Shown: positions 12,830 to 27,629, counted from the whole stretch's first letter. The stretch: 63,730 nt of DNA, filler included, from Octopus bimaculoides (GCF_001194135.2; 4 parts of 4 records of this genome joined end to end with filler, not necessarily neighbours in it), one strand, 5' to 3'. Made by a program: numbers and translations. Notes: generated by a model not told the origin, from the sequence alone.

Positions 12830-14071
12830 CGTGCGTGTGAGTTAATTTCGTTTTTCTTTTCTTTTTTTTTTTGTTGATTACCACATTCTGGATATCATTA
12901 TTATTACATGTTTATGCTCTGGTTCTGTATGAATTTCATCATAGGTCACTATGATATATTGATATATCACTTTCGAAATACACTGTCATCCTCTGAGACG
13001 AATGTATAAATTTTGTCGATTGTCTTTGACAGTGATGTCTGGGAAGTAATCCCGTTGCCTATGTGAAACATGATATTTCAGATAAATATCACATTGTTAT
13101 TCTGTGCATTTGTACTACGTCTGTCTGCATTCTATAAAGCTGGCTAAGCTTCTACAATATGAAACTTCCAATCTGTTTCCAAAATTGAAGCTCGTCTGTT
13201 ATATCCATTTATATACACTAGTTTGGCTAAGACTGAACAAACGTAAACAACGTTATAGTGTAATAAAGAAGCAGAATCCGAGGAAACTAGTGATGTTCTG
13301 TGCCAATAAATAGTAACATACAATGTTCAGAGAGTGATTTTGTTATTTCAAAACGTCTACAGTAGCAGTGACTTTGAACGGTGATCTAAAAAGTTTCAAT
13401 TCAAGGGTAGGATTATAATAATATTTTGGGATATTTCCCATGAACAACTTTTTTCTATTAACCTCCTTGCGTTATATTTTGTAGTCTGTCTTAATTTAGA
13501 TTTGAGTTTATTATTTACAATTATTATTTCTATAATTTTCATCAAAGCTATCAATTACATTTCCATCTGTTTAATATATTCGGCTTCCAGGGAGACTGAT
13601 AACTGTTTCTAGTTTAATTTTCTTCATGTTTTGAATCTATTTGTGTTACTTATTTGTGGTAGGTAAGTAGATAAATTTGTAGCTGCAAAGTAGATATTTA
13701 TGCTGTTTCTTTTATTTATCTATTTACTTTTGTTAGGATGGGGTTACACTATATACGTTTCAGCCACTTTGTTCCACTATTTAATCTTGTGAACTCATTC
13801 AAATTAGTGAAGAATATTATAACTATAAATTAATTATACAGAACGTGGAGTATTGATATACTTTACCTTATTTTTAGCATTTAGTTCCGTCATAAGTGTA
13901 TATGTAAACTCTATATTCTTCTTAAACTTTTCTTTTCTATCTATTTATATTTTATTTAATTAATTTCTTCTTAACACTATGTATATCTGCCCTTGATATA
14001 AACGTCACTTTTTTATATTCATCTAATACGTATGTGTGTATATACATATATATATATAGATAGATAGATAC

Positions 14072-14111
<40 letters not shown>

Positions 14112-14148
14112 AGATAGATATGTACGTATATATATATCTCTCTCTCAG

Positions 14149-14179
<31 letters not shown>

Positions 14180-14220
14180 ACATATATGTCTGTGTGTGTG
14201 TATATATACATATATATGTA

Positions 14221-14287
<67 letters not shown>

Positions 14288-15189
14288 ATATATAGAAATA
14301 TCCGATTTCTAATTAACTAGTCTCTCGCTAAAATTGCGCCGATGAATTTTTCTCACCTGAGTTTAATATCAATTACACTACAGAATTCGTAAGCAATATA
14401 AAACAGGATTTCAACTTAGTTTCATCTACACCACACTGTTTGATACCATCTATAGAGAGATGATCGATTATCATTCGAAAATACTTTTATTTATTTCTGA
14501 TATGGTTCATTAAATATAATACGTCTAATATTTTGATTAAAGATATCAGAAAAAAATGAGTCTGAAAGAGATTCCTTGATGTAATGTCAAACAATATTTA
14601 ATAGGTATTGTTTTCGTAGTTCAATTTACAGTCTTTTTTAGAACTGTACAAGTAGCTTCCGTGTAAATAAAACAAATTCTACGTACAGAGCTTTGTTGGT
14701 TTCCTCTAACTGGTGGGAAAGAAATCTGTAATCCACAGACGAATTGCCAAAATCTTGATTTAACTGAACTAAACAATGCTCAAACTCTTCTTTCTTCAGT
14801 AGATTTGATTTATGATTCAGTTGAGCATTATTATACCAAGTAACAAAGCTCATTACATTCATGCATGACTTTGCTTCTATCTTCTATATTTCTAAGGATG
14901 TTTTTGTATTCTTATCTTCCTGTACTGTTTCCAGCCGCAAGCAACACTCAAGTAGAGACCTTACCTTCAAGAAATTCCAAGTTTTCTTTTCGCATATCAC
15001 TTCAAACATACAACTTATTTTATGTTAGTATTTCACGATAATCACAAAATTACTTCATGTACGTCTTCTTGTGTCTATGTCTTCATGCAAGGATACAAAC
15101 ATATATACAGACATATATACATACATATATACATACATACATACATACAAACATACATACATATGCGTGTATGGAAATATGTAGACAAA

Positions 15190-15376
<187 letters not shown>

Positions 15377-16569
15377 GGTTCTGGATTCAATGCCAATGCG
15401 TGGCATCGTAAAAAAAATGCCGTTGCTATAACATCGATTAAATCCAAGCCAATGCTTGTGAGTGAAATTCGGTTGAAGAAAACTGTTTGAGAAAGTGATG
15501 CATGAATTCTATAAGCCTGTATCGAAGATTCAAACTCGTCAGTTTAGCTTCGGAAGTTTTCCGCAGTAGGAATGTGCTGAGAAATGTAAAAGAGCATGTG
15601 CATATGGAGGTTTATTTACCTGTATTTCACTGGTCTTACCAAGATATTTATAACTACGACCAAAAAATTTGCATGAGAAAATAAAAAAAGGTAAATGGAA
15701 TTAAAGAAACCGAGAGAAAATGTAGGTAAAGAGAAATGCAAAAATATAATTGAATAAGTAACTATTAGTTCAAAAAATGTTACGTGATTTTACTAAACGA
15801 GATTTGCAAATTATGAAATATGGAAGCAAATATGTTAGAACATAGGTTTCATGACAAAGTATTAAAAAGAGTGGAAGTTGAGTTTTAAATTTTGATGAAC
15901 AGGAAGATATTCCTGAAATTATTTAAAAATTAAAATAATATATAAACAAGACACGCTGAAATCATTAAACAAACACGACGCTGTGGTTCCAACTGCCAAA
16001 ATCAAAACAAGCTAAACAGAACGTTTTAAGACAGAAGAAATATTTTCATAGATACGCTTCACCGTTAAGATGTAAGGAGAAATCGACAAATATAAATCCA
16101 TATCTTAGAAAAAAGTAGTTACTAAAACCACAAGAGAGAAGTAAGCATTGGTAGAATCAAATCGATAGATCAACAAGCCGGAATCAAAATTTTAGAAAAA
16201 TATGAGTTGGAAAATCAAGGAACAAAGCAATTTATAAGGAATAGTTAAAAAAAATAACATTTTGATTCATACAAAATATATAAGGTTCACAGAAAAAATT
16301 GCATCATAAAATCTTATAATATATATATAATGAAGTGAAATGACAATACTAATCAACTTTGAGATCCAAACCAGAAATACAGGGATAGTTAATGTATCTC
16401 AGTATTCAGAGATTTAGAATGGAATATTAACAATTGAATATATATATATATATATACTTAGTAAATAAGTGAAATGTACAGACCCATCAACAATGAAATA
16501 TACCGAAAATTACTGAAGGTTTTTAAAATTTCGTCGAACATCCTAAGTTGCAGCACAGTATTTTGATGA

Positions 16570-17280
16570 ATACCAAGACGGTGAATATTTAGTCAAAAAC
16601 AAAAGCGTATACCATCCCAACTAGTGGAAATGTACTGATTGATGAATTTTGCAAAAATATCGAAATTTTGGCTAGTAACTACAGAAACAATACAAGTCTA
16701 AATTTGTCAAGGGACAATACAGATTTCTGAAGGATTTAACATTAAACAAATATAGTTATGATAGAAACCGGTATGGAATTTTTTGTTCTTATGGATACAG
16801 GGCATTATACAAAGATGGTAATTAGCATGCTAGGAGGAGGAATCCAGAAACCTACTAAAGTTATGAAACAAATCACTAATTGACTACATTTTTATCAAAA
16901 GAGTTTCAAATAAAATACGAGACTATCGTATAAAACAAGCAACTTTTATGGATTACCAAAAAATACTCAAATGTAAATCAAATATGCGAAAAATTGTACT
17001 CAAGTTATGTATGTTGATATTACTCATCAATGACAAAAAAATTGAAGCATATTATAGGTAGCTCGGCATGCGAAACACATCACTGATTAATGGTCCAGGC
17101 ATATCGCTAATGCCATATACAGAGTTTTCTAAGAGTCGATAATGATATTTTCGATTAGCTAGTAAACACTTTGAACGAAAATGCTTATATTGCTTCATTT
17201 GAGATTGCAAATTTATAAAGAATATTGTACGCAATTATGGAATCGAAGGTATCAAATGCTGGTTACACTTCTAATTAATA
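16570..17280 (+). mobile_element. Degenerate Penelope-like reverse transcriptase fragment
   Basis: Frameshifted motifs LVKNKSVYHP..IDEFCKNI..VLMDTGHYTKMVISML..KTSNFYGLPK (16932-16960)..ACETH..NTLNENAYIASFEIANL..NYGIEGIKCWL fit PLE RT. Confidence 0.7.
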
Positions 17281-17669
17281 ATCAGACATTATGACTATGA
17301 AATGTGTTACAAATGCACATCAGAGTATTACTTCGTGTTCTTTCAGGCAGTCTAACAACAAAATTAAGGCGTAGCTTTGTACATTCGCCTTTCTTATGCA
17401 AACCTAGTTTTAGGATATTATGAACTGAATTTATTCAGAGAACAATCCCGCTGCATCATCAGCAAATTAGATAGCTATACATGTGGCAAAAATTCACATG
17501 AATGAACGGAAAGGGGACAAACCTTATCGGATTAAAGGATCAACAACGTATTTCAAAAGGCAATATCGGTCAAAATAAAACGCATTGAAACATTTGACAT
17601 GCTTTCATTGTGTCCTTAGAAAAAACCTTTATTCAGTCCCTTGATAGATACATTTGTACACCCAGATCC

Positions 17670-17890
17670 TTGCCATTATAGGAGGCTTGGCATGCGAAAC
17701 ACGTCACTGAGTAATTGTCCAGGCATATCGCTGAAGCCATGTAGAGAGCTTTATAAGAGTCTATACCAAAATTCTCGATTATCAAGCAAACACTCAGAAC
17801 GAAAATGCTTATATTGCTTCATTTAAGATTGTAAATTTATATAAGAAAAAATTACGGAATCGAAAGTATCAAATGTTGGTTAGAATTCTG
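17670..17890 (+). mobile_element. Second copy of the PLE RT segment (direct repeat of about 17045-17270)
   Basis: Both copies share ggcatgcgaaacac..tgtccaggcatatcgct..gaacgaaaatgcttatattgcttcattt..ggaatcgaa.gtatcaaatg.tggtta. Confidence 0.8.
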
Positions 17891-18409
17891 ATGAATAACC
17901 AGAGCACGAAATCTATGGCCATTTTATCTTATATTTTATTATTTTGTTTTAGTTTTTATGAAAATAGGCAGAAACATTTTATAGAATTTATAAACAAAAA
18001 GATTATTAGCTATGAATGTGTCTGCATTCAAAATTATGATTAAAAAATTATGTGCATATCATGTGAAAATTTAATTCATGTTTTACTCTGTTTATAGATT
18101 GTTTTTAATTACGTAAAAAACTTAGTTAATGAAACAGAACCATTTGGTGACCATGAAAAGAATCATGCTTGGAATCGGTTGGAAAGATCTACGCCTGTTT
18201 TTAATATATACTTTACATTAAAGTTATACTCAAACGTTGATGGATATTATACTTAGAAATTAGATAAAGTTAAACTCCTAGTGCATTTTTGAATTATTTT
18301 TCCATTATTTTCTGTGGTATGAAGTATTTCTTCATGATTTTTAAACTTTTAATTAAACTTTATTAAGCATATATTTATATCCATGTCTATCTATCAACTT
18401 ATCCATATA

Positions 18410-18444
<35 letters not shown>

Positions 18445-18572
18445 NNNNNNNNNNNNNNNNNNNNNNNNNNNNNNNNNNNNNNNNNNNNNNNNNNNNNNNN
18501 NNNNNNNNNNNNNNNNNNNNNNNNNNNNNNNNTATATATATGGAGGGTATGTATATAGATAGATAGATGATG

Positions 18573-18607
<35 letters not shown>

Positions 18608-19093
18608 TAGATGTAGATATAGATATATAGATACAATTATAAATAAGGATTCTGAGAAAACGGCATCTACATCCTAGAGATAGACGTCAAATGACACTAG
18701 AAAGCACCTCAAAATACACTCAGCAGAAGATTCTGTTCTTCTGTCTTTATTTATTTCTAACATAGGGCCAATACACCAATATTTAACAGATACCTACTTT
18801 CATGGAGACCTGAATCATGGAATTCAAAATCCATTCCAGTGAGATTTCATGTCAGAAAGTAGAGGGACATGGCTAAACACCGTATGGCATTTTGTCAGAC
18901 GTTCCAAAGTTCCTGGCAATCCACCACGCTGAAGTCACATATTTATTGCGTGTAAAATTGTTTGTAAAATACTACTGAATTTTTATCTTTCAAACCAATG
19001 TTATTGCCAACGTTTAATATGTTTTATTGCCGATTGCATCTATCTGATTAAAGCAAAGTAGAATCCAATTTTACGGATCGCATTACTCACTTT

Positions 19094-19136
<43 letters not shown>

Positions 19137-19187
19137 AAAATATATTCATACATACACACGTACATAAATACACACACATGTACATAA

Positions 19188-19243
<56 letters not shown>

Positions 19244-20965
19244 TCGATATTATCATCATTTAATTTCATTTTATTTTTGCAGACTAGTCGGCTACCAAAC
19301 AACAATTATTTTTCTTAGTCTTTTCCCTCACTTACACAATATAATTTAATAATTGTGTTTGTATTCAATCCTTGGCTTCAAATATGCATAGTTTTAAGTG
19401 CTGACAACGATTGGAAACATTGGATTAAAATGTAAAATTATATTAGATATTATACGCTCCAAATTGAGACAGAAATAGCAAATACGAAAGATGAATTTCG
19501 TAGTGCTTGCCAGGCGAACATATTAGTGATTGCATAACAGAACCCTATTATTCCCTGCACAATTTTTCTTTCTTGTTAACTTCCTGCATATCAGCCTACT
19601 ACCCAGCTGTCACAAACTAGAACCTTAGAAATCATAAATACATATGTGAATATGGATTAGTCTTCAGCCGTGGTGACCTTCGAAGTCCAAGAGTTGGCTT
19701 TGTAAGACTCTTCACTTTCATCTGTCTTGTGGTTTATGCAGACAACCAGCCAGTGTCTTGTTTCGAATCCATCGTTTGATATAGTCTTTGACGCACTTCC
19801 GCACTTACCTACTCCGGACTTTTTCTCAGGATGATCATATGCTGTGACTCACGGAGATTCACTGACTTGATTCTCGACAATAGATGGATTTATATATATA
19901 GCTGCTAAGATTTTTAATTATATGCATCAAACCTAAAATTCAAACAACTACTTTGGCATCTTTGTGGTTTTCGACACTGTTGACAATTTTGCTCGAATTG
20001 TTTTCAAATTTGGCGAATGGATTAAATTTTGTACACTAATTATGACAATGAAATTAATTTTTCGTATAAATCCATAATTTAAAATTTATTAGTTTTTAAA
20101 ATGTGCAAAAGTTGGGTGTTTTAGCCAATCAGAAGCGAATATTTTACACATCACCGTAGCGAAAAAGTTTGTTTCCATAATAACCAAAGATGCTGCGCAT
20201 GTGCACAAGGAGGAGAAGGAGATACGAGAAAAATAATCTTCTACTATAATAATATTCTTATATTTTTCTCCGTCACAACATATGAATGAGAAAGGAAGGG
20301 GTGATAGATGAATAAGGAAGGAAGGGGTGATGGCAAACCGGTAGTGGGAGCGTTTCAACTCTGTGTGAGTATGTGTGTGTGTATGTGTGTGTGTGTGTGT
20401 GTATGTGTGTGTGTGTGTGTGTGTGTGCAATGTAAGTGGGATGGTGAACATTCAACGCTGAAAAGAAAACTCAAACAGCGTTTCAATTCTGCTCGCGAAT
20501 GTTTTAATATTAATTTCATTCGTGTATATTTTAATGTTTTGTCTGTTATTTCTAGCAATGTTTTGACATGCCGATGCCCCCTACAACCACCACCACTACA
20601 ACTGGTGAAGGAAGAGGCAGCTAACGCGCTGTTTTCTGATTGACTGAAAATTCTGGAAGTTATCAAATTTGAACAACTGTTATTGGTTACGAGCACGATC
20701 CTTTTGATTTATTTCTTATTATATTACGAATTTAGGGCCTATTAAAGATGTCATCGTCATCGTTTTCGTCACCATTGTCGTTGTTGCTTTATTTATTAAC
20801 CCTTTGCAGCACTTGCCCTTGCACCATATGTAATATTAATATCATCCACCTCAACCACAACCACAACCAACTCTTCTACGTCATCTTCTTCTCCCTCCCT
20901 CATCCTCCCCCTCATCATCATCATCAGAATAATCATCATCATTATTATTATTGTTGTTGTTGTTG

Positions 20966-20997
<32 letters not shown>

Positions 20998-21010
20998 GTT
21001 ATTATTATTG

Positions 21011-21066
<56 letters not shown>

Positions 21067-21379
21067 GTTATTATTAAAATATATTTTATTACATTTTAGA
21101 GTCGTAATACAAGATATTTTTGCCTTTTAGAAATACGTAAGATCATTAACCTACTGTCCCAGAGGCATTTCCTAATATATTTTTATTGCATTTATTTATA
21201 AATATTCTTATATCATACATTTGTATGCACGTATAAATATACAAGCGTACATACATGCTAATAAAACTCAGCCGACAGTTTTATGCCAGATTATATTTGT
21301 CTACAGCACATTGACTCATTACTATATTATATCTAATTACATTTAACATTACGTCAAATGCATAACTGCGTTATGTGTT

Positions 21380-21426
<47 letters not shown>

Positions 21427-21483
21427 NNNNNNNNNNNNNNNNNNNNNNNNNNNNNNNNNNNNNNNNNNNNNNNNNNNNNNNNN

Positions 21484-21562
<79 letters not shown>

Positions 21563-22249
21563 AGAATCAAAATTGCAATAGTTTAAACGAGGAAATCACT
21601 CCAAGCTTTCACTGCTTCTAAGTAAGGCAGTTGATGTCTATTAAGAATCTTTCTTATTGTTTGGTTCACATCCGTTGATGTTCCTAATAGCTGTCGATCG
21701 GATTGGGCTCATTAGGGCTATTTGGAGATACATGGGGATCAGTGCTGGGTGTTGCGGCTGGCTTGTAGTGCAATGTGTTGCTGACGACTGACAGATAAGT
21801 TTCACAAGTATCCTTCGTTATTCTGGTAAACTTTTATCGAAGATTATAGGTTTCACCGATTTTAGTGAATATCTATGAAAACATTAATAATTAATAATTA
21901 ACAATTCACTATGTTGTTTGCAGTTGAGAGAAATTCTGTGGGGTGATGAGATTCATATGGCAACACTCTGTGGTATTGTGTTAGAAACTAGTATTTTAAA
22001 TCGAACCAGAAAGGGGCTTCAGAAACCAAGTACATTTGTCCGGTAGGAGGATACAACCAAGCGTGACAATATGCGAATATTTTTACCCAAAGCAAAGAGA
22101 CAAGTATACAAAGGAACGTTTAGATTGTAAGTTGGACTTTGCAAGAATCTGAAAGAATACATGAGCTGGGTAAAACCGTTTATAAAACTATGAACACTAA
22201 ATCCTGCCTGGTTTGAAATGCCATAATATAGAATAAGATTCACCCTTGA

Positions 22250-22830
22250 GATCATTGCCTCGGTTAGGCTGTTTCTTCATTCTCACCTTCCATCCTCTTT
22301 CATTTCAACCTGTCTCTTTTCCTTTTTCTCGTCCCTCCCTAATTCTTCTATCCCTCTGCCTCTACCTCTCTCTCTTCTCTCTCCACGTGACCGGTGTTCG
22401 GCCAAGCCTGTCCTCTTTTTCTTGGTTCGACTACCATCCGTGCAACATCTATATTCCTCCCTATGCCTGTCATGTCTTATATCCCTGCCGTAAGGCTTCA
22501 CTTCCACCCACGCCAACTTAATTTAATTCGTCCTTAGTCGAAAGAAACTTGTTAATGTCTTTTATTTGCATTTGTATTTGTGTACCATTTCTCTGTTTTT
22601 TCCGTCCTAGTTTTCGTATGCATTCGCTGCTTTCTTCCAAGGAATCTAATGCTCCTAGCTTAGTTTTTGCTTGGGGCTGGCCAGATTGGAGCAATCTCGA
22701 GTATAACCAGCCGAAATTGCAAAGATAATGTGAAACTCGACTGAACAAAGAAAACTCCGAATAACCCGTCCTTGTTTATTTTTGTATCGTCAGAGTGGAT
22801 GCTTTGCGTTCATGTCTCATTTTTGGTATT
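22250..22830 (+). mobile_element. Interspersed repeat, probably a PLE pLTR-type remnant
   Basis: Pyrimidine-rich block with ccaaggaatctaatgctcctagcttag..ggggctggccagattggagcaatctcgag, recalled as a common octopus repeat. Family assignment is unverified. Confidence 0.35.
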
Positions 22831-22843
22831 CCTTTATATATAT

Positions 22844-22884
<41 letters not shown>

Positions 22885-23042
22885 NNNNNNNNNNNNNNNN
22901 NNNNNNNNNNNNNNNNNNNNNNNNNNNNNNNNNNNNNNNNNNNNNNNNNNNNNNNNNNNNNNNNNNNNNNNNNNNNNNNNNNNNNNNNNNNNNNNNNNNN
23001 NNNNNNNNNNNNNNNNNNNNNNNNNNNNNNNNNNNNNNNNNN

Positions 23043-23081
<39 letters not shown>

Positions 23082-23120
<39 letters not shown>

Positions 23121-24340
23121 TGTGTGTGTGTGTAAGGTATGTGAGGACATGCCTTCTAGGGATCATTGCTGCATTTTTTGCTAACTCTGTATAATCTTTG
23201 TTTCAGAAAATAATAATGGCAGTCTGTCAGCTTACTCAAGAAATGAAGAGGCATGCTGTTATTGTGGTTACAAAGGCTGAGCATAAAGACTTCGATATAT
23301 CTTGAGTTTCAAAAGTTTCCCGATCTTTCGTCTACAAAGCTTGTAAAGAGCTAGAGTTTGAAGATAGAAACGTATCACCAATATCAAAGCCTAAAAAGCA
23401 TTCTAAACATTCTGTAATCAGCAAGTTCAACAGACCATTGTTTACAATCCCAGAAAGTCCATGAGGTCAATTTCAAAATATCTCCATGCATCAGAAGGAA
23501 CAGTCAGAAATGTTGTCCACGAAGACATGAGATAATAAATCTTATATGATATGGAGAAGTCAATTTCTCAGAAAAAGCAAAAGAAACTTACTACATGAGA
23601 TCTAAAATGCTTTTAAGCAAACTGAAAAATCCAGGAGAAGAATATTTGATTTGGTTTTACTCAAACGAGAAATACTTCGATTAATATCAAAAAGTTAGCT
23701 GAAGAAATGACACAAGGTAATGTACAGGCCTTTCTGAAGTTCCAAGTCTTATGCATACAAAATTTACTGCAACTGTCATGGTTTTAAGGGTTGCTAGCAA
23801 TGAAGGACATATGATGCCTCCTTACTTCTCTCTACAAGGCCTTAGAGTTAACTACAATGACGCCTACAATGAGGTCCTGGAAATGATTGTTATGCCCTGG
23901 ATAGACAGTGTGTGCCATGGAAGGCCATATGTATTTCAGTAAGACTTTGCACTATCACATATGGCGCTAGTATTACAGGAATGAATGGCTGTAAACTTCC
24001 ATGATCACATAACCCCTAACATTTGGCCTCCTAATTCCCCAGATCTCAATCTATTGGACTTATTATATATGGATCGTTGAACACGCCCATAACACCAAAG
24101 ATTCTATGAAAGCTACCATAGTCAGAGTAATGTCCAAAATGAACTAGGACTACTTGATTCGAACATGTAGATGCTTTAGATCCCATATAGAAGTAGTTGT
24201 TAAAGCTGAAGGTGGCTTTATTGAATAACATTATAGAAAAGGTTTATTTTTATCTTCATAGCATTTTTTGATAAAGTTATATGTTATTATATGTTTTTTA
24301 TAAGCATAAATCTGTCCTCAAAAATATCTTACGCACCTTG
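23082..24340 (+). mobile_element. Near full-length DD37D (maT/Tc1-mariner superfamily) DNA transposon with a pseudogenised transposase
   Basis: ATG at 23216 (MAVCQLTQEMKRHAVIV..VSRSFVYK), ..FYSNEKYFD..VMVLRVASNEGHMMPPYF..YVFQ*DFALSH..WPPNSPDLNLLDY, stop at 24226-28. Exactly 37 residues separate the 2nd D (23943) from the 3rd D. The 3' TIR cttacgcaccttg|ta matches a degenerate 5' TIR. Sits in (TA)n. Confidence 0.9.
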
Positions 24341-25119
24341 TATATATATATATATATATNNNNNNNNNNNNNNNNNNNNNNNNNNNNNNNNNNNNNNNNN
24401 NNNNNNNNNNNNNNNNNNNNNNNNNNNNNNNNNNNNNNNNNNNNNNNNNNNNNNNNNNNNNNNNNNNNNNNNNNNNNNNNNNNNNNNNNNNNNNNNNNNN
24501 NNNNNNNNNNNNNNNNNNNNNNNNNNNNNNNNNNNNNNNNNNNNNNNNNNNNNNNNNNNNNNNNNNNNNNNNNNNNNNNNNNNNNNNNNNNNNNNNNNNN
24601 NNNNNNNNNNNNNNNNNNNNNNNNNNNNNNNNNNNNNNNNNNNNNNNNNNNNNNNNNNNNNNNNNNNNNNNNNNNNNNNNNNNNNNNNNNNNNNNNNNNN
24701 NNNNNNNNNNNNNNNNNNNNNNNNNNNNNNNNNNNNNNNNNNNNNNNNNNNNNNNNNNNNNNNNNNNNNNNNNNNNNNNNNNNNNNNNNNNNNNNNNNNN
24801 NNNNNNNNNNNNNNNNNNNNNNNNNNNNNNNNNNNNNNNNNNNNNNNNNNNNNNNNNNNNNNNNNNNNNNNNNNNNNNNNNNNNNNNNNNNNNNNNNNNN
24901 NNNNNNNNNNNNNNNNNNNNNNNNNNNNNNNNNNNNNNNNNNNNNNNNNNNNNNNNNNNNNNNNNNNNNNNNNNNNNNNNNNNNNNNNNNNNNNNNNNNN
25001 NNNNNNNNNNNNNNNNNNNNNNNNNNNNNNNNNNNNNNNNNNNNNNNNNNNNNNNNNNNNNNNNNNNNNNNNNNNNNNNNNNNNNNNNNNNNNNNNNNNN
25101 NNNNNNNNNNNNNNNNNNN

Positions 25120-25152
<33 letters not shown>

Positions 25153-25749
25153 TGTGTGTGTGTATATACATATGTATATATATATCCATACATACAGACA
25201 GTCAGACAGACAGACAGACAGACAGAGTAAAAAAACTACGTGATGTAAAAGAGTAAAAATCCATAATATCGAAATGACTGAATTTGCTGGCAAGATAGCC
25301 AGTACCTCCAATTGCGAGTATCTACAGCGATAGGGAAAGCACCGCCTCTTTGTCCCGTTTCATCTGGGCACTCCATTATCGAAGGGACGACCTTCCCAAA
25401 ATGTGATGGTGTATCGCTGATAGAAATGTTCATACTCAACATTAACTCACAATTTTCAACTCTGCCTCCATGAGAGACAACATTTACTCCACCAACCTGC
25501 GATTTCCATCAACTGAAAGTATGAACTATTTTATTTTTGCCAACATAGGTATACCCTGTTCATGAACTTCAGGCCACTGGCAGCTAACTATGCAAGTGTA
25601 CGGTCTTATACTCAACGGAATGGTACCTTACAGCCCACAGTTCCCTCCATGTTGGAAATCCTTCCCAGCATTGCTAAGTCAAATCTTGTTACTTCCACAG
25701 AAATGCTTTTGCTGCTATCGTGTAACTTACCCATTAATCCCCGATAGCG

Positions 25750-25895
25750 CTCCGTTCTGCCATGTACATCAGCAAATGCAACAAACTGATGGTCAGAAAA
25801 TGTTTATAATCCCATTCTATAAACTACGCAACTCAAAAGAAGTTGCAAGTCAGAGAAAAGGATTTTATTGATAAATTCAAGTCCGTTTTAAATGG
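25750..25895 (+). mobile_element. Possible C-terminal end of a PLE GIY-YIG endonuclease
   Basis: ..KMFIIPFYKLRNS..KDFIDKFKSVLN-like ending resembles PLE ORF C-termini. The GIY-YIG motif itself was not seen. Confidence 0.35.
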
Positions 25896-27130
25896 ACAGT
25901 TATAGTAACGGTGCTAATTTTAATGATGATGGTGATAATAATGATAATAATAAGTAATACTGCTATTACTGCTGCTACCATCGCCGCCACTAACAGCAAC
26001 ATTAATAAAGGTGGTGGTGAGGATGGTTGTAGTGTTGACTATAGGAACATTGACTGAATTGAAATGTAAAAATTTCTGGAAGAGTAACAATAGAATTCAA
26101 TGGAAACAGGTATGTTCTTTACAACATTCCAAATTATAGCCAAAGGATTATTTCTTTAGGTGCAGTCAGAGTAAGGAATCCTCGACGTGCCCACCAAACA
26201 GTGACGTCTAAGCCACATAATGATTGGTTGAAATACAGTTAAAACTTAATTAACGCATTCACCATACCGTGACATCTAAGTCTTCGTCAAAGTACAGTTC
26301 GTAAGACTCGGCCTGCTGGAGCCCATCGGAAGGTATTAAAAGGATAAATCCAAGCATTTCACAAAAGTTGTCAATCGCTGAAAACGACTCTCTCCACATA
26401 AACTTGATTAATGCGAAACGCATGAGAGTACTGGTTTAATTCAATGCTTTAAAATTGTAAACATTGCAAATAATATAACGTGAACATTAAACTCAGTTGG
26501 AATTTCATTGATTAACGTGGGTCGGGGGGAGCGCGCGCATGTGTGTATGTGCGTGTATCAATGTATATGCATATATGTATGTAAGTATGTATATATGCAC
26601 GTATGAACATAATTTGACAACTGAAACGGATCAATCTAATGTACGTGAATCTCAGTTGAATCACTAAAGGATTAACGTTAATGATGAACACTGATACATG
26701 GATTGAGTACTCTTTTCTTTTGTTTGTACTTGCAACTGTGTGTGTATATCTGTGAGAAGGGATAGATTATGCTATGTTGTCTGCAAAGAGTACTTAACTG
26801 CAGAAGCACAAGTTTACCTTCATAAAACAGGTATGAGGAACAGAAAATAGCTACTTCACGTTCAACTGGTTTTATATGTTTTGTTCCAGTATCCACTTCG
26901 ATATATCCTGCCTATAAATTACGTTTGTTGCAAAACCTCTTTTAAATGTGACGTTTGCTATCATTCAGTGTAGACTAAAACACACTATAATGCATACGTG
27001 TACAAATAAGTATATATTGTATGTTTTTATGTATATTATATATGAGTATGTGTGATGAGAAGCATGTATACACGTGCATGTAATTACGTGCGTGAGTGTC
27101 CGTGTACATATATGTGTGTGTGTGTGTGTG

Positions 27131-27199
<69 letters not shown>

Positions 27200-27349
27200 A
27201 TTATTATTATTACGTTTTTTTTTCTTCTTTCTTCAAATTTTCTTCCATTTCTCGCCGAGTGTTTTCCGCACACCTAGGACAGAGAACCTCATTGTATGCA
27301 TTCCCAGTTTACACACGCAAATTCACAGGTAAAATATGTAAAAAAATTA

Positions 27350-27458
<109 letters not shown>

Positions 27459-27502
27459 NNNNNNNNNNNNNNNNNNNNNNNNNNNNNNNNNNNNNNNNNN
27501 NN

Positions 27503-27514
27503 TTAATTAATTAA
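27503..27514. other. Assembly spacer TTAATTAATTAA inside an N-gap (also 50453-50464 and 55203-55214)
   Basis: The identical 12-mer appears three times, each time embedded in Ns, and has stops in all six frames. Technical, not biological. Confidence 0.85.
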
Positions 27515-27629
27515 NNNNNNNNNNNNNNNNNNNNNNNNNNNNNNNNNNNNNNNNNNNNAACAACACACCACACCACCACACCATACACCACCATACCACA
27601 TAACACCACATCACATCACACCACTACGC

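Noticed and set aside
17885-17920. CTGATGA..GAAAT after the second RT copy
   Set aside because: Lies within RT coding sequence and has no stems.
19660-19850. 63-codon open minus frame (VTAYDHPEKKSGVGKCGS..TAED*) with a GTAAGT donor-like site
   Set aside because: No convincing acceptor, no recognisable domain and no partner exon.
22735-22775. Possible hammerhead (ctgaacaaagaaaactccgaataacccgtc)
   Set aside because: The core is broken on both sides (CUGAACA, GAAU) and there is no stem I pairing.
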